A DNA stretch of 64,000 bases from positions 263,802 to 327,801 of the forward strand of contig CAIJMI010000005.1 in NCBI GenBank assembly GCA_903821745.1, in the 5' to 3' direction. The notes beneath the pieces are model-generated. The model was given only the letters and a program-made list of their open reading frames with translations, had not been told where the DNA came from and ran no database searches. Source of the stretch: Candidatus Gottesmanbacteria bacterium. Its GTDB lineage: Bacteria; Patescibacteriota; Microgenomatia; UBA10105; UBA927. Position numbers and translations under genes: made by a program. How positions within the stretch are numbered: the first letter of the stretch is position 1; each line of letters starts with the position of its first letter. This document shows positions 1-9,631 of this stretch, piece by piece.

Positions 1-180
1 CGAACAAAAGGCATCAACAATTGCTTGCGGAAGATGGGTTTCGACAAGTTCTGTTTTTGTTGCTTCCCATGCGTTTTTCGCAGTGCCAAAATACTGGCAT
101 AAAAGATTAAAACGTACCGGGCCGATACCGGGAAATACACTAAACCCAACCCAATACCAATCTTCATCGGTCATCATCAT
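1..180 (-). CDS. dprA: DNA-processing protein DprA, N-terminal part (runs off window start)
   Basis: Manual translation MMMTDEDWYWVGFSVFPGIGPVRFNLLCQYFGTAKNAWEA... matches the DprA N-terminal 'GIGP..F..L...FG...AW.A' segment; ATG overlaps the stop of the upstream gene (ATGA). Not in the ORF track. Confidence 0.8.
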   Translation of the reverse strand, partial: MMMTDEDWYWVGFSVFPGIGPVRFNLLCQYFGTAKNAWEATKTELVETHLPQAIVDAFCS

Positions 181-1469
181 ACGTGTTTCTTCATATACGC
201 ATGTGCCCATGCAATGCCCGCAAGCATTACATGATCCATATTTCCTTCCTCATATTTCCATGATCCAAATCGGCCCCGGGGAAATATATCATGCGCTTCA
301 AGAATTGGAGTAACCCGCGATAAAATCGCGTCACGATTTTTTGTAGGAACGGGATATGCGAGCGGCGCTTCAATATAAAAACGATCAACGATATCCGCGT
401 CTTTTGGGATATACCCGCACGCCATCGCAGTCGTAATAACTTGTCGAATAACTACATCTTTCTTCACTGGTGTTTTACCGTCATACGAGAGTTCAAAAAG
501 CAGTGACCACGCGCCTGATGGTGCATTGTGTGTTCCATAATTGGAATACACACTCACACGGAAAAAAGGAATCTTTGGATCAGGAACATAGATCCAATGG
601 ACAGTCTTAAGTAGTTCCGGAACGGTTCCTTTGATACCGATCCCAATAGCGATAACTCCCGTTGATGCAAGCGTTGTTGCTTTCGGCAACCGAATACCTT
701 TCGTCATAATTGTCAGTGATGTCAAAGGAATGGTAGAAAAAAGCACACCATATGAAACAGAAGATCCATCGGAAAATGTAACAATGTGTTTCTTTCCATC
801 AATTGCTACCGCCTGTTTATGATAAGAAATATTTTGCTGCAGTGCTGCTGCCATGGATGAAAAAACCGATCCCATACCGCCAACATTTGGAATAAAAAAC
901 TGTGCATTACTTCCCCACGCGGTCCCTTTCTCTTGTTCTTTGGCCGTTGCAACTTTTTTGCTAGTCCACTCCCATCCCATTTTTTCCAACGGATAGTTCC
1001 ACATTTTTCTGTTGTACGGAAAGAAAAAATATGTTGCCATCCCAAAACCGAATGTCTGCAAAATCCAATCATAAAACGATGTTGGAGATGGTATCTTTTT
1101 GCTCGTTGTTACCCCCTCAATACATGCCTTTTGTAGTGCAGGGGGCAATTGGAAAAGCGCATATTGAAAGGGATAGGAAACAAACGTGTTTTGTATTTGA
1201 ACAAACGCACGGCGCATGTAGGTCGTAAATTTATTTTTTGTAACATAGGAAAACAATGCATCAACCGTTGGATCAGCATTATGAAATACATGACCGCCGA
1301 TGTCCCAGGTGAATCCGTTTGCATCAATAACGGATGAGGAAAGACCACCGGCATGATCTGTTACCTCATACAAATGAAATGACGTACATCCATGATTTTG
1401 AAGATACCACGCTGCAGCTAGACCGCATGGTCCTGCACCTAATAGAACGACATCTTTTTTTTCAGTCAT
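177..1469 (-). CDS. FAD-dependent oxidoreductase, eukaryote-type UDP-galactopyranose mutase-like
   Basis: GAGPCG Rossmann motif; GGLSSS..D.NGFTWDIGGHVF; PYN.K.W; WG.N..F; RGRFGSWKYEEGNMDH. Confidence 0.7.
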   Translation of the reverse strand: MTEKKDVVLLGAGPCGLAAAWYLQNHGCTSFHLYEVTDHAGGLSSSVIDANGFTWDIGGHVFHNADPTVDALFSYVTKNKFTTYMRRAFVQIQNTFVSYPFQYALFQLPPALQKACIEGVTTSKKIPSPTSFYDWILQTFGFGMATYFFFPYNRKMWNYPLEKMGWEWTSKKVATAKEQEKGTAWGSNAQFFIPNVGGMGSVFSSMAAALQQNISYHKQAVAIDGKKHIVTFSDGSSVSYGVLFSTIPLTSLTIMTKGIRLPKATTLASTGVIAIGIGIKGTVPELLKTVHWIYVPDPKIPFFRVSVYSNYGTHNAPSGAWSLLFELSYDGKTPVKKDVVIRQVITTAMACGYIPKDADIVDRFYIEAPLAYPVPTKNRDAILSRVTPILEAHDIFPRGRFGSWKYEEGNMDHVMLAGIAWAHAYMKKHV

Positions 1470-1481
1470 ATCGCTTTGGAT

Positions 1482-3326
1482 TTACCGCAAAAACCATGCT
1501 TCCAATATTTTCTTTGCAACCGGTGATGCCTGATCACTTCCTTCACCAGCTCCTTCAACAAGGACGGAGATGGCAAGCTCAGGGTCTCCGGAAATAATTG
1601 TTTTCCCACTTTCTTTCAGTGAACTGTTGTACTGTTCCGGAATCGGTGCAAACACCGTAAACCATGCATGGGGCTTCCCTGTGGTATCACCAAACTCTGC
1701 AGTTCCTGTTTTACAGGCAACCGGAATATACGTCATTGCCGCAGACGCCGTTGCCTGCACGTGAAAATCAAACAGCGGCCAACCGGTTCCACCTGTTGCG
1801 CATGCTTCCTGCATGCCTTGAGTTATGAGTGAAATAGTCTCTTTATGGATATCTAAACTTTTACATGTTGGACTTTGATATTTACTATTGGTCACTTTTT
1901 TAATCGTTGGCCTACACTGCACCCCATTATTTGCAATCACATCCGTCCAGGCATTCACTTGTAGTGGGGTCGTCATTAAATATCCTTGCCCAATGGCAAC
2001 GTGATAAGTGTCACCTAAATACCAGTCATTATTCCGGGCTTCCAAATCCTCAGGTGACACAAACCGTTCCTGTTTCCATGCAGGATCCGGCATCAGTCCA
2101 CTTGCCTCGCCAGACAGTTCAATGCCTAGAGGTTTTCCAATCCCTACCTTTCTTGCCCACTGGGAAAGTTTTGTAATCCCAATCATCTCACCCGCTTTAT
2201 AGAAAAAAATATCGTTTGACCGTTGCAGTGCTTTCACAACATCCACAAACCCATCGGTTTTTCCGTATTGCAGAAAAAACCAATTCGGAAATTTATACGG
2301 TCCGATGGTAATCACTCCGGTATCTTCCACAATCGTATCTTTCTGAATCGATTTTTCCTCAAGTCCCGCAAGAGCCGTCACAATTTTAAACGTGGATCCG
2401 GGAGGATACACCCCACCTATGCTGCGGTTAAACATGGGCTGATCCGGATTATTCACCAGTCCATGGTACTGTTCCATGGACATCACGGAGGTGAATAAAT
2501 TTGGATTGTAGGAAGGACTCGAATACAATCCTACTATCTCTCCGGTACTTGGTTTGGTAATAACGACCGCTCCTTTTTGTCCCACAGGAAAGGCAGTCTC
2601 CGCAGTCACGGATAACCCAATATCTAAGGATAACGTAATATATTCTCCCGGAATGGCAGGGTCGGATCCTAACACTCGAAGAATTTTTCCCGATGCGTCC
2701 ACTTCCACGAGTTGCTTGCCATTTTTTCCCCGTAATCGTTCTTCAAACACTTCTTCAGCCCCAACTCTACCAATCCGGTCTCCCGGGCCATATCCCCGAA
2801 GAGCATAATACTCATCCTGAAGTTCATCCTCGGATAATTCATTAATATACCCAACAACATGTGCCGTTGCCTCCGGATACAAATACAACCGCTGATAGTC
2901 AACTTCCAAAAATGACCCCAAAGGTAATCCATTTTTCTGCATGGCATCTCCCTCTTCCTGACTGACACGAGTCGTACATTCTTGCGTTGCGTCGGCCGTT
3001 CCTTCACACGGACGAATAAGCCGATACTGCGGGATATTTGAAACCAATGGTTTCCCAGTTCTGTCAAGAAGTAGCCCACGTGGCGCGTGCTGAATGAGAA
3101 CCCGCGTTCTGTTGCCATCGGCAAGCGAACGATATTCATGACCCTTGACGACCGTCAAATGAAACAACCGGAAAAACAACGCAAACAAAGAAAAAAATAA
3201 GACAGAAGTAAATAATAAAAATCGTCCGGATCCACTCCACCAGGACGCAGACGGTGTTCGAAATAACCGTCGTTCGGTTGCCTTCCCGCCGGTTACACTG
3301 TCTGAAAATGCACTCCCAAACTTCAT
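1482..3326 (-). CDS. mrdA: Class B penicillin-binding protein 2
   Basis: N-terminal TM, APRG.LLDR.G dimerisation motif, PGSTFK (SxxK), SND (SxN-like), KTGTAE. Confidence 0.92.
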   Translation of the reverse strand: MKFGSAFSDSVTGGKATERRLFRTPSASWWSGSGRFLLFTSVLFFSLFALFFRLFHLTVVKGHEYRSLADGNRTRVLIQHAPRGLLLDRTGKPLVSNIPQYRLIRPCEGTADATQECTTRVSQEEGDAMQKNGLPLGSFLEVDYQRLYLYPEATAHVVGYINELSEDELQDEYYALRGYGPGDRIGRVGAEEVFEERLRGKNGKQLVEVDASGKILRVLGSDPAIPGEYITLSLDIGLSVTAETAFPVGQKGAVVITKPSTGEIVGLYSSPSYNPNLFTSVMSMEQYHGLVNNPDQPMFNRSIGGVYPPGSTFKIVTALAGLEEKSIQKDTIVEDTGVITIGPYKFPNWFFLQYGKTDGFVDVVKALQRSNDIFFYKAGEMIGITKLSQWARKVGIGKPLGIELSGEASGLMPDPAWKQERFVSPEDLEARNNDWYLGDTYHVAIGQGYLMTTPLQVNAWTDVIANNGVQCRPTIKKVTNSKYQSPTCKSLDIHKETISLITQGMQEACATGGTGWPLFDFHVQATASAAMTYIPVACKTGTAEFGDTTGKPHAWFTVFAPIPEQYNSSLKESGKTIISGDPELAISVLVEGAGEGSDQASPVAKKILEAWFLR

Positions 3327-3329
3327 ATA

Positions 3330-3923
3330 TTATATAAGATGCAATAGTATCCCAACGCCAACAATGCACGCGCCAAAGATGATTCCGGTAATGACCTGGA
3401 GACGGGTATGCCGTTTCAAAACAACGCGTGACCATGCAAGGACGGGTAAGGCAAACACCAATAGCCAGGTGAATCCTCCAAACCACACAATCAGTGTGCC
3501 AACAAAAAGCGTTGCCATGGTCATGTGACCGGAAATTTTAAACCATAAGGTAATGAGAAAAAACAAGAAATACATGATCGTGATCAATACAAAAAAATTT
3601 GTAACAATCATACGACCAACACATGCAATACCAATTGCACCACAAAGAAGAAACAATAAAAAGATACATAACGCCTTGACCCGTTCTTTCCGATTAGAAA
3701 TGTCCCAATTGGATATTTTTTTTGTACGAAGTGCATAGACTAATAATCCAAACGTTGGAAAAAGGACACCAATAAACACAATACCGGAAACGAGAAGGAC
3801 CTCATAAAAAGTCAATGACGCACGAAGAAGAATCAAAACAAACAATACGGAAAATAACAGGACCGGCTCAAAAATACGCGACATAATTTTGGCAAACACA
3901 ATATTATCCTTTCCGTTGGGCAA
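3330..3923 (-). CDS. Integral membrane protein, PAP2 phosphatase-like
   Basis: About six TM helices; KISGH and WSRVVLKRH motifs resemble PAP2 C2/C3. Confidence 0.55.
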   Translation of the reverse strand: MPNGKDNIVFAKIMSRIFEPVLLFSVLFVLILLRASLTFYEVLLVSGIVFIGVLFPTFGLLVYALRTKKISNWDISNRKERVKALCIFLLFLLCGAIGIACVGRMIVTNFFVLITIMYFLFFLITLWFKISGHMTMATLFVGTLIVWFGGFTWLLVFALPVLAWSRVVLKRHTRLQVITGIIFGACIVGVGILLHLI

Positions 3924-4959
3924 CTTTTACCCGAGCAAGTAAGCCTGAATCATCAAGAAGAATACCGCACCCCCGAACAACGGCAGTTTGTGGATCTTCC
4001 GTGATCCATACCGGCATTTTGGTTTCCGTTGCGATGAGCTTATCAATGCCCCGAATGAGCGATCCGCCTCCTGCAAGAACGATACCATGTTCCAAAATAT
4101 CTCCAACAAGTTCCGGCGGTGTTTCTTCCATGGTTTCTGCAACTGCTTCAACAATTTGTTGTATCACCGGGGAAAGTGCTTCCCGTACTTCCGATTCACT
4201 CACCCGAATAGACCGGGGCAGTCCGGTTTCAATGTCCCGTCCCCGAACAACTGCCTGCCGGTCGCTTTTTCCGACTGGATATGCACTCCCAACCGCAATT
4301 TTAATGGCTTCTGCGGTTTGATCACCAATGAGCATCCCGTATTTAACACGGACAAATGTTTGAATCGCTTCATCCATTTCATCTCCTGCTACACGAACGC
4401 TGCGATTAACAACAATTCCTCCTAACGAAAGCACGGCAATTTCCGTTGTTCCGCCACCGATATCACAAATAAAACTGCCACTGGAATCCTGAATAGGAAG
4501 TTTTGAACCGATTGCTGCTGCCATAGGTTCCTCAATAAGATAGGCCTCTCGAGCTCCAGCCATGATTGCTGCTTCCTGCACGGCACGGCGTTCAACTTCC
4601 GTCACTCCCGATGGAATGCCGATCACTACTTTTGGCCGGGGAATATTTGGCAGGAGTGTTGTTTTGGGATGTTGGTGCACAATGCCGATGTAATATTTGA
4701 GCATTGCAGCCGTTGCATCAAAATCCGCGATTACGCCGTCTTTTAGGGGTCGCAAGGCTTCAATCGTTCCAGGCGTTTTCCCCAACATTTTTTTTGCTTC
4801 TTTGCCAATGGCCACAATTTGCTTGGAACGTTTTTGCCGAGCAACAACAGAAGGTTCACGAATGAGGATCCCTTTTCCTTTGACGTACACGAGGGTATTG
4901 GCAGTACCTAAATCGATACCTAAATCATGAGAAAGTAGTCCGAAAAAAAAGTCAAACAT
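3904..4959 (-). CDS. mreB: Rod shape-determining protein MreB (paralog 1)
   Basis: GIDLGTANT, RPLKDGVIADF, EEPMAAAIG, DIGGGTTE. Confidence 0.96.
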   Translation of the reverse strand: MFDFFFGLLSHDLGIDLGTANTLVYVKGKGILIREPSVVARQKRSKQIVAIGKEAKKMLGKTPGTIEALRPLKDGVIADFDATAAMLKYYIGIVHQHPKTTLLPNIPRPKVVIGIPSGVTEVERRAVQEAAIMAGAREAYLIEEPMAAAIGSKLPIQDSSGSFICDIGGGTTEIAVLSLGGIVVNRSVRVAGDEMDEAIQTFVRVKYGMLIGDQTAEAIKIAVGSAYPVGKSDRQAVVRGRDIETGLPRSIRVSESEVREALSPVIQQIVEAVAETMEETPPELVGDILEHGIVLAGGGSLIRGIDKLIATETKMPVWITEDPQTAVVRGCGILLDDSGLLARVKVAQRKG

Positions 4960-5236
4960 CGCTGTTAGGTAATTCTAACACAAATATATGATTGGCTTAA
5001 CATACCATCACATCCGCAGGATAGTGTACAACTTCGAAATCTTGCAACCATTCCAAACAAATAGTTTTGTATCGGCCATCCGACAACAAAACAACTCTGT
5101 AAAAAAGAGTGTTGCAATCGGTAGCGCCCACGCAATGAGCCAGATATGTTCTGCTCCTCGTTTACCTCCAGCAAACCATAGAAAAAGATGTGCATACCAG
5201 TATTCATGCTATAATTACCACAAACCAAAAACACCT

Positions 5237-5725
5237 ATGAAAAATCTTGAACACCGGGTTCCCTTCTTTGCCGATAACGTGGAGAACCAGACAAACAACC
5301 CATATCCAGATGATCTAACCATGCAGGAACCTGATGAAATTTTTCTCACGGAGCTCATCCAAAAAACTGAAGAAGAGGCAAATGCAATACAACAGTCAGT
5401 CATCGGAAAAATACACGGACACATCAGGAATGTGAACAATGTCACCATCAATAAAACACAATTTAAAAAACCAGTGGAAACACAGTTTGCCCTGATAGAA
5501 TCGGGGGGAAGACTGAACATTGCTCGCTTTAATAAGGACGTACATGGTCCATGGAATGATATCCCCGATACAAACCTTACGCCCGTAGAATTCATCAGTT
5601 GGTATAAAAACCAAGAAGAACCGACACCGGGACTCCTGACGGAATTTATCAATACAAGAAAACAACAATCCGCATCGAAGATGCACTGGGAACCTTCCCA
5701 TCACCCAAAACCAAAAACGAAATAA
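5237..5725 (+). CDS. Hypothetical protein
   Basis: ORF with likely ATG at 5237 downstream of TGCTATAAT; no recognised motif. Confidence 0.6.
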   Translation: MKNLEHRVPFFADNVENQTNNPYPDDLTMQEPDEIFLTELIQKTEEEANAIQQSVIGKIHGHIRNVNNVTINKTQFKKPVETQFALIESGGRLNIARFNKDVHGPWNDIPDTNLTPVEFISWYKNQEEPTPGLLTEFINTRKQQSASKMHWEPSHHPKPKTK

Positions 5726-5742
5726 TCAAAGGGGAGATACCA

Positions 5743-6216
5743 TCATTGATCATGAACATCCCGACTGCCCGAGCTGTATCTATCAGGTTCTTTCCTTGTA
5801 CCATGTGTCATCCCGAAACTGTTCGCTACCGAAGAACCGACATATTGCCAACCTTCTGGTCGTTCCGTTGGTGCGGGACTTGCTAATCTCCCGCGTGCCA
5901 CAATAAGTGCATCCAGTGCCAGGCGTAATTCTTCCGACGCCTTCCGTTTATTTCTTTGGATGGGTTCAGCTAAATTTTTACGTATCTTGTCAACAAAATC
6001 CAATGCATCCTCTCCATACACCGTCTTCATATGTGCTGCAAGCACTGCTCCAGGAGTTGTCTTTTCTTCCCCGATAATGCGCAAGACTTCTTTTGCTAAT
6101 GGGACTGCTTTCGCCAATGTCGGACGCCCAGAAAAATCAACCGTTTGAAAAAATGGTTGTGGTGTATCTTGACTTACCATGGGCGTACTGCCGAGAATCC
6201 GTTCTCCTTCTATCAT
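5743..6216 (-). CDS. Hypothetical protein
   Basis: 157-aa ORF, TATACT just upstream of ATG. Confidence 0.65.
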   Translation of the reverse strand: MIEGERILGSTPMVSQDTPQPFFQTVDFSGRPTLAKAVPLAKEVLRIIGEEKTTPGAVLAAHMKTVYGEDALDFVDKIRKNLAEPIQRNKRKASEELRLALDALIVARGRLASPAPTERPEGWQYVGSSVANSFGMTHGTRKEPDRYSSGSRDVHDQ

Positions 6217-6246
6217 ATATACATAGTATACCGATTATAGACGCAT

Positions 6247-6328
6247 AAAAAAACACCGGAACATTACTACGTTAAACATGATGGGCACATACCCAACATA
6301 CATGTAAAAAATAATAACCCTCCGGTGT
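6247..6328 (-). terminator. Long hairpin ending in a U-tract (extended intrinsic terminator candidate)
   Basis: ACACCGGA(6253-6260)/TCCGGTGT(6321-6328) closing stem, inner ACATG/CATGT and TGGG/CCCA pairings, T7 tract on the minus strand. Confidence 0.5.
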
Positions 6329-6521
6329 CTAAACAAAAGACCAGCTGATATCCGAAAAATCATGAACAAATCCAGATCAACAAATATCACTAGTCATAAA
6401 CAAAGATGCATTGCTCCATCCTTGAAATTTTCAGTGATAGATCCACTTCTCAAACGTGTCCAGAGCTCTCGGGATGCGTTCGATACATGAACCTATACTA
6501 CGCCCTGCGTTCTACGCTATA

Positions 6522-6731
6522 TTATTTGCAATATGTGTCAAAAAATGCCTTGTTCGGTTTCAACACATGACCGGTTGGCCGTTCGTCCCATCGAACAAGA
6601 TGATGTTGAAAAAGTTTTTCATCTATTTCTATCAAAAACGCTTCTTGTTCGCTAATACAAGATTCTAGAACACCTTCCGTTGCATTTTTTAACGCTTCTA
6701 CCAACTCATCAAACGTGCAAATTGTTTTCAT
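6522..6731 (-). CDS. Small hypothetical protein (69 aa)
   Basis: MKTICTFDELVEALK...; GAGGAG Shine-Dalgarno just upstream of ATG 6731. Confidence 0.6.
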   Translation of the reverse strand: MKTICTFDELVEALKNATEGVLESCISEQEAFLIEIDEKLFQHHLVRWDERPTGHVLKPNKAFFDTYCK

Positions 6732-6947
6732 ATTCTCCTCGACAATGATGATATGTTTTTGTGTTGCAGGGCGACAAAGCCCTCCTAAGAAGAAAGGCTT
6801 AGTTACCCAGCAACACTTCATAGACGCAGAGCTTGGCAATGTGCTAAAAACTCAAAAACGGGGAAAATCCCGTTCGAGAATAATATCCTATAACAATTAA
6901 CCACTTAAATCAAATTCACTCCTTCCTGTATATGATATACTGACACT

Positions 6948-9086
6948 ATGGAAAAAGTACCATTGTTCTGCGACCGAGTCATCCGCATAGCTTTCGCACT
7001 CCTCGTGCTTTTGGTCCCTCTGCTCTTAACGCCAGTCAATTATGAACTCTTTGAATATAACAAAATGATGGCAGTCTACGGAATAACTGCAGTTATTATC
7101 CTTGCATGGGTGGGTAAAATGATTGTGCAGAAACGCATCTCCATCGCAACCACACCATTTGATATTCATATAGGATTTTTTGTACTTTCACAGCTTATCA
7201 GTGCCCTCTTCTCAATAGACCCGCATATCTCCTGGTTTGGGTATTATTCCCGATTTAATGGAGGTATGATTTCTATTTTTTGTTATACACTCCTCTTTTA
7301 TGCCTTTGTCTCCAATATTTCAAAAGATATGGTAAAAAAATTGACCGTATTGCTTCTGACCACCGGCTCCTTGGTTGCAGTCTATGGAGTTCTTGAACAT
7401 GTTGGAATAGATAAAACGATCTGGGTGCAGGATGTCCAAAGCCGAGTATTCTCAACCCTTGGCCAACCGAATTGGCTTGCTGCATATCTAGTGGCTTTAA
7501 TTCCTATTGCGCTTGCAATTGCATTTGTCAAAAAGACCACATGGACGTTTTCACTCATTCCCGCGGGTGTTACGATATTGTTTTTCCTCACGCTGCTCTA
7601 TACCCGATCCCGATCAGGACTTGTTGCATGGGGCATTGTTGATATTCTTTTTTGGGTGGTTCTGTTTCTCCAAACACCAACAAAACGCACGCTCCGAACC
7701 CCCCTGTTCCTTGCCCATATCGCATTTGCCATCTGCATTTTCTTTACGGGGACACATATTGATCAGATAGATAAATGGATAACATTTGACGGATGGAGGG
7801 AGCAGCTGACCCATGCAAAACAGGAAGCAACACAAAGTGCGTCCGTCCAAACAGAACCAACAATTCCCGCAGGACCGGTATTGGAAACTGGCGGAACAGA
7901 ATCAGGAGTTATCCGAACATATGTCTGGCAAGCTGCATTGAATGCATGGCGCGCAACGCCAAAAAATATGGCAATTGGTACAGGAACGGAAACATTTGCA
8001 TTTGCCTTTTACCAATACAAACCCATCGGACACAACCTGACGAGCGAATGGGATTTCTTGTACAACAAAGCCCATAATGAATATCTGAACTACCTGGCCA
8101 CAACCGGTCTTTTTGGACTGACAACATATCTGGTACTCCTTGTCGTCATCGCGCTCTGGTTTTTCAAAACCATCATCAAAAATAACAAAGGAACCATTAT
8201 TCTCTTAGGCATCTTTTTAGGATGGCTTTCGATTCTCATCACCAATTTCTTTGGATTTTCAGTTGTTGTCATGCAATTATTGCTCTTTTTGCTCCCTGCA
8301 GCAGCATATCTGTTCTACCGGTATGAAAACCCGATAACCGTCACTCAAAAAAAACACGTCAGCACGCTTCCGTCTATTTCCTTTTTTGAACAATCAATTA
8401 CCCTCAACTACAAGGGACAATCTATCGGTATAGGCATCACCATCTGCGCAGCAATCGTTCTCCTTAGTCTCCTGGGCCTAACCTGGTATGCAGACAAAAC
8501 ATTTGCCGCCGGGTATCGCAAAGCGCAGGCAGGACTTTATGCACAGGCATATGCCCCACTGACGAAAAGTATATTGCTCAATCCATCAGAACCGTTCTAC
8601 AAAGATGAATATGCAAACGTACTTTCGTCACTTGCTGTTGCAGCGCTTGATAATCAGGATGCAACCTTGTCTGCAACCTTAGGGGCCTATGCCGTCAATG
8701 AAAACGAAGCAGCACTTGCCATTTCACCGCGAAACGTCAATTTCTGGAAATCTAAAACAAAAATATATTATGCCCTTTCTGCTCTTGATGCATCGTTCCT
8801 TCCCCAAGCAATCACTGCTTTAGAGCATGCACGAACGCTTTCCCCCATGGATCCAAAAATTGTATATAACCTGGCAATTCTCGAAGGAAAAAATGGCGAA
8901 GCAGACAAAGCCATTTTCTATCTTGAATCATCGATAACCCTAAAACCAAATTACCGAGATGCCTACTACGCGCTTTTCGTCTTTTACCAGGAAACAAAGC
9001 AAACAGAAAAGGCAACAGCAACCATTCAAAAATATTTAACCACCGTCAACAGTCAGGATGGGGAATTTAAAAAATTGATAGAATAA
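6948..9086 (+). CDS. O-antigen ligase (Wzy_C)-family membrane protein with C-terminal TPR repeats
   Basis: RVFSTLGQPNWLAAYL, TRSRSG, GTG...F, KAHNEYL; C-terminal TPR helices. Confidence 0.85.
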   Translation: MEKVPLFCDRVIRIAFALLVLLVPLLLTPVNYELFEYNKMMAVYGITAVIILAWVGKMIVQKRISIATTPFDIHIGFFVLSQLISALFSIDPHISWFGYYSRFNGGMISIFCYTLLFYAFVSNISKDMVKKLTVLLLTTGSLVAVYGVLEHVGIDKTIWVQDVQSRVFSTLGQPNWLAAYLVALIPIALAIAFVKKTTWTFSLIPAGVTILFFLTLLYTRSRSGLVAWGIVDILFWVVLFLQTPTKRTLRTPLFLAHIAFAICIFFTGTHIDQIDKWITFDGWREQLTHAKQEATQSASVQTEPTIPAGPVLETGGTESGVIRTYVWQAALNAWRATPKNMAIGTGTETFAFAFYQYKPIGHNLTSEWDFLYNKAHNEYLNYLATTGLFGLTTYLVLLVVIALWFFKTIIKNNKGTIILLGIFLGWLSILITNFFGFSVVVMQLLLFLLPAAAYLFYRYENPITVTQKKHVSTLPSISFFEQSITLNYKGQSIGIGITICAAIVLLSLLGLTWYADKTFAAGYRKAQAGLYAQAYAPLTKSILLNPSEPFYKDEYANVLSSLAVAALDNQDATLSATLGAYAVNENEAALAISPRNVNFWKSKTKIYYALSALDASFLPQAITALEHARTLSPMDPKIVYNLAILEGKNGEADKAIFYLESSITLKPNYRDAYYALFVFYQETKQTEKATATIQKYLTTVNSQDGEFKKLIE

Positions 9087-9091
9087 ACACC

Positions 9092-9628
9092 ATGCGACCA
9101 ATCGTTCATATTCCAAAGTCAGTGCTTTCTACACCCGCCCGTCGAGTGATAACGTTTGACAAAAAATTACAGCAGCTCATCGCCGACATGAAAGAAACCC
9201 TGCTTGCTGCCAAGAATCCAAAAGGTGTTGGGCTTGCTGCCCCACAAGTTGGTGCTGCTCTTCAATTGTTTCTTACCAAACCCTCAGCAAAGGATGATAT
9301 CCGGGTATTCATTAATCCGGAAATTATACATATGGAACAAGAAGATCCAAAAGAAAAAAAACTGGAACATCTGGAAGGATGTCTCTCCATTCCTAATATC
9401 TGGGGTGATGTAAAACGCGCACCGACCCTCACTATACACTATCAGGATGAACACGGAGCGGCGCATGAAGAAACAATGACCGGATTCCTGGCAACCATCA
9501 TCCAGCACGAAACCGATCACATTAATGGAATTCTCTTTACCCAGCGGGTCCTCGAACAAAAAAATAAACTCTATCAAAATGCAAAAGACGACAACGGAAA
9601 AGAAATACTGGAAGAGATCGTTATTTAA
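9092..9628 (+). CDS. def: Peptide deformylase
   Basis: GVGLAAPQVG, EGCLS, QHETDH. Confidence 0.97.
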   Translation: MRPIVHIPKSVLSTPARRVITFDKKLQQLIADMKETLLAAKNPKGVGLAAPQVGAALQLFLTKPSAKDDIRVFINPEIIHMEQEDPKEKKLEHLEGCLSIPNIWGDVKRAPTLTIHYQDEHGAAHEETMTGFLATIIQHETDHINGILFTQRVLEQKNKLYQNAKDDNGKEILEEIVI

Positions 9629-9631
9629 TCT

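Noticed and set aside
4965-5234. 89-aa minus-strand ORF and upstream extension of the 4988 ORF
   Set aside because: No protein-like signal; the region holds divergent promoters and at most an unidentifiable remnant
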